A DNA stretch of 64,000 nucleotides from the human T2T-CHM13v2.0 reference genome, Homo sapiens: assembly GCF_009914755.1 (NCBI RefSeq), contig NC_060931.1; one strand, given 5' to 3'. Positions 61,013 through 64,000 of the stretch are shown here, in pieces. The first letter of the stretch is position 1, and each line of letters begins with the position of its first letter. Both the position numbers and the translations under genes were made by a program. The notes under the pieces were generated by a model, which was not told where the DNA came from, ran no database searches, and worked only from the letters and a program-made list of their open reading frames with translations.

Positions 61013-61125
61013 CACAGCACAGTGTAAGGAACCCTTACTTTACAGGCTGAGAAGCCTAACTTGGAACGTGGGAATTTTCACACATTAGATTTGTGATCCT
61101 GCTACTTAGCTTACCTTTATCTCAG
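61013..61125 (+). mobile_element. MIR fragment
   Basis: Decayed MIR 5' half. Confidence 0.4.
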
Positions 61126-61900
61126 TCAATTCACTCAATTCAACGAACACCTAATGACGTCCTGCAGGTTGCCTCCATAATGACAGACCTCGGGGAATCA
61201 AAGAACACCAAATAGCCCCTACCCTTATGGCTGCAGATGTCAGTAGGACAGGTTAGATTTTCAGACAAAAATGTGCTGTTCGTAGTAAAAACTAGTGCTG
61301 TATGATACACTTATGTATCAGTTCAGTAGGATACAATGAATAAAAGTGATACCAACCAGAAGGATGAAAAGAGTTTTCATAGAGTTATGACCCTCGAATT
61401 AAATTATGAAAATAAATATGAGGTGGACTTCCGAGGAGAGAAAGCAGGGTTAGCAAAGAAATTGCTTGTTAAGGCATCTTTAGGTGGATTGATTTGCTGG
61501 AGGATGGGATTCTGTGGGTGTGGGAAGGGGAGAGGGTGAAGTTGGTGAATGGCAGGGAGAGAAAGGTGGGAATGAGATGATGGAGGAGTTTTTTCATTCC
61601 AGACTAAAGAGCATGGGGAAAGCATTGCTCTATAGCATTTAGGAACCAAAGAAATTGTGGGTTCAGGGATACGTGAAGGCACAGTAGCCTTGAACAGGGA
61701 AGTGGATATCTTAAGGATAAATGCAGCTATTGGAACATCTGCATGTTTAGGGATAGGAAGTTGAGATCTCTTAAATCCTACTGGCCTTAGTTTTTCTCTG
61801 TGAAGGAGGTGACATGATCATACCTCTTCAGAAAAAGACAGAGAGAGAGAAGGAAAGAGGAGACAAGGGAAGGGGAATGTTGGAAAGGAGAGGGAAGAGA
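61126..61900 (-). mobile_element. L2 3' region
   Basis: caattcactcaattcaacgaaca tail, followed by a purine-rich antisense L2 body. Confidence 0.55.
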
Positions 61901-62994
61901 TGAGAGCAGAGAAAGAGATAAAGAAAGAGGAGCCAGGCTCAGCTGAGGTTGCCGATGAAAGATTGATAATGGCAACAGTCCACACTGTGATCTCCTCTGC
62001 TAGCACTCACACACCAAGCTTTAGGAAGGGAGGTATATTTTCGATGGATCCAAAACTGCCTTGAAAAGTCTCAGCTCGGTCTGAGTATGTTCTTCCTGTG
62101 GAAGTTATTTCTGTAAACCCGAAGAACTCTATGCTTATTCTTGAAGTTTGGTCACCAATTCATAATATTGAATATTGAATTGTTTTCGTTCTGGGAATAG
62201 ATGAGACTGGTTTGATTTTTAGATTTCATTATTTCTTTGTTTTAGGAAAAAAATATCTTTTTATACTTTTAAAAATATTTTACCTTTCATTCATTGGTTT
62301 CTTCGCTTCAGGGCTTAAACTTATATTGAATTGAAGCCATATAACATCATTAAACTTATGTTGAATATCCCTCCACTTAAAATACCCTCTCCCTATATTT
62401 TCTTTTTTTGCTACATGTATTTTATTTAATGGAATTAATTCAAGCTACGAGAGCGTTTCAATTTTAAGCTTTGTCTAGTCTGTTTTTTAATGTTTCTGAG
62501 TTTTTTCTAACTCATGATTTGCCTTGGTCCTCAAATTATTTTCTTATGAAATCCCTTTTGGTCTCTCTTTTAATATTCTTAAACTATTTCACCTTTTTAT
62601 CTTATTCTTATTGAAGTCATGTCTTCTTCAGGACTCCTAAATTAAAAAGGACTTATTACGCATCTTTTTCTTTCACTCAGAGTATATATAGAGGGAGTAC
62701 AGAATGGATTGTTTAATTGTTGTGTGCCTGCTAAGCTGCTTTCCTTTTGGTTGTAATATATGTGCATAATTACAAAGCTGTTTCTTTACATCTTGTTCAT
62801 GCTTCATGTTCGCAGCTCCTTTTAGACATTTTACGTACTTTAATTTGCTCTCTTCTCACTTTGCTGAGGCCTGTTCTTCTCCCAACTGCAGTATGACAGC
62901 TAGGCACCATCTTCATGTCCTAATATTTGTCACAAATGGGCAGATGGGTGAGCGCTCCCCTGCCTTCATCATTTGTTAGAAAAATTGTGTTTGA

Positions 62995-63417
<423 letters not shown>

Positions 63418-63573
63418 TCACTCACATAATAGGAGTGGAGCTTGGCCATTTTTCCCCTTCTGAGACCCTGAGTGCTTCCAGAGTTTTTCTGTGCTCTTAT
63501 TTTGAAAAATTCTATGTTAAATTTTTCCTGATCTACATGCCTTTATCTCAATCTGCTTACCTTCCTATTAGAG

Positions 63574-63874
63574 CAACGGTCCCCAACAATTTTGGCACCA
63601 GAGACCAGTTTCAAGGAAGCCAATTTTTCCACAGACTGGTGGGGATGGAAAGATGGTTTCCAGATGAAACTGTTCCACCTCAGATCATCAGGCATTAGAT
63701 TCTCATAAGGAGTGTGCAACCTAGATCCTTTGCATGCTCAGTTTACAATACAGTTCACACTCCTATGAGCAACTAATGCCTCTGTTGATCTGACAGGAGG
63801 CGGAGCTTAGGCAGTATATCTCACTTCCTTGTTCCTCACCTCCTGCTGTGTGGCCCCAGGGTTGGGGACTCCTG
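63574..63874 (+). mobile_element. MER1B-like hAT MITE
   Basis: caacggtccccaac...gaaactgttccacctcagatcatcaggcattagattctc...gttggggactcctg; TSD tattagag / tattaggg. Confidence 0.92.
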
Positions 63875-64000
63875 TATTAGGGTGTATCAATGAGAATTCA
63901 TAAGTATTGACATCTCAAGTATTATCCCAAGAATAGCAACTGGAGAAGTGGGGATGATCCTGCTTGAATCTTGTGTTTCTGTCTTTAACTAAAAATGTTC

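Overview
Human genomic DNA: a near-consensus AluYb8, a human-specific subfamily, sits at 39939-40251. The window is AT-rich and gene-poor, and is mostly a mosaic of nested, decayed transposable elements: old L1M/L1P, L2, MIR, 16 Alus, ERV1/ERVL/MaLR solo LTRs and hAT DNA transposons. I cannot support any intact protein-coding gene, RNA gene or CRISPR array; the supplied ORFs fall in Alu, L1, LTR or low-complexity DNA, or are unrecognisable. There are two weak exon candidates (411-755 +, 59940-60042 -). I found no evidence for a new gene system. The most unusual signals are structural or regulatory: (1) a multi-step template-switching scar at 28215-28691 that copies its own new junction and an LTR junction; (2) a perfect zero-spacer p53 response element in an intact LTR10-family solo LTR; (3) an array of fold-back hairpins grown out of an L1 microsatellite; (4) a ~150-bp locally templated insertion inside Charlie1; and (5) four independent MER30 insertions, three of them within 6 kb. 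Repeat subfamily names come from recalled consensus sequences, and edges without a stated target-site duplication (TSD) are approximate.
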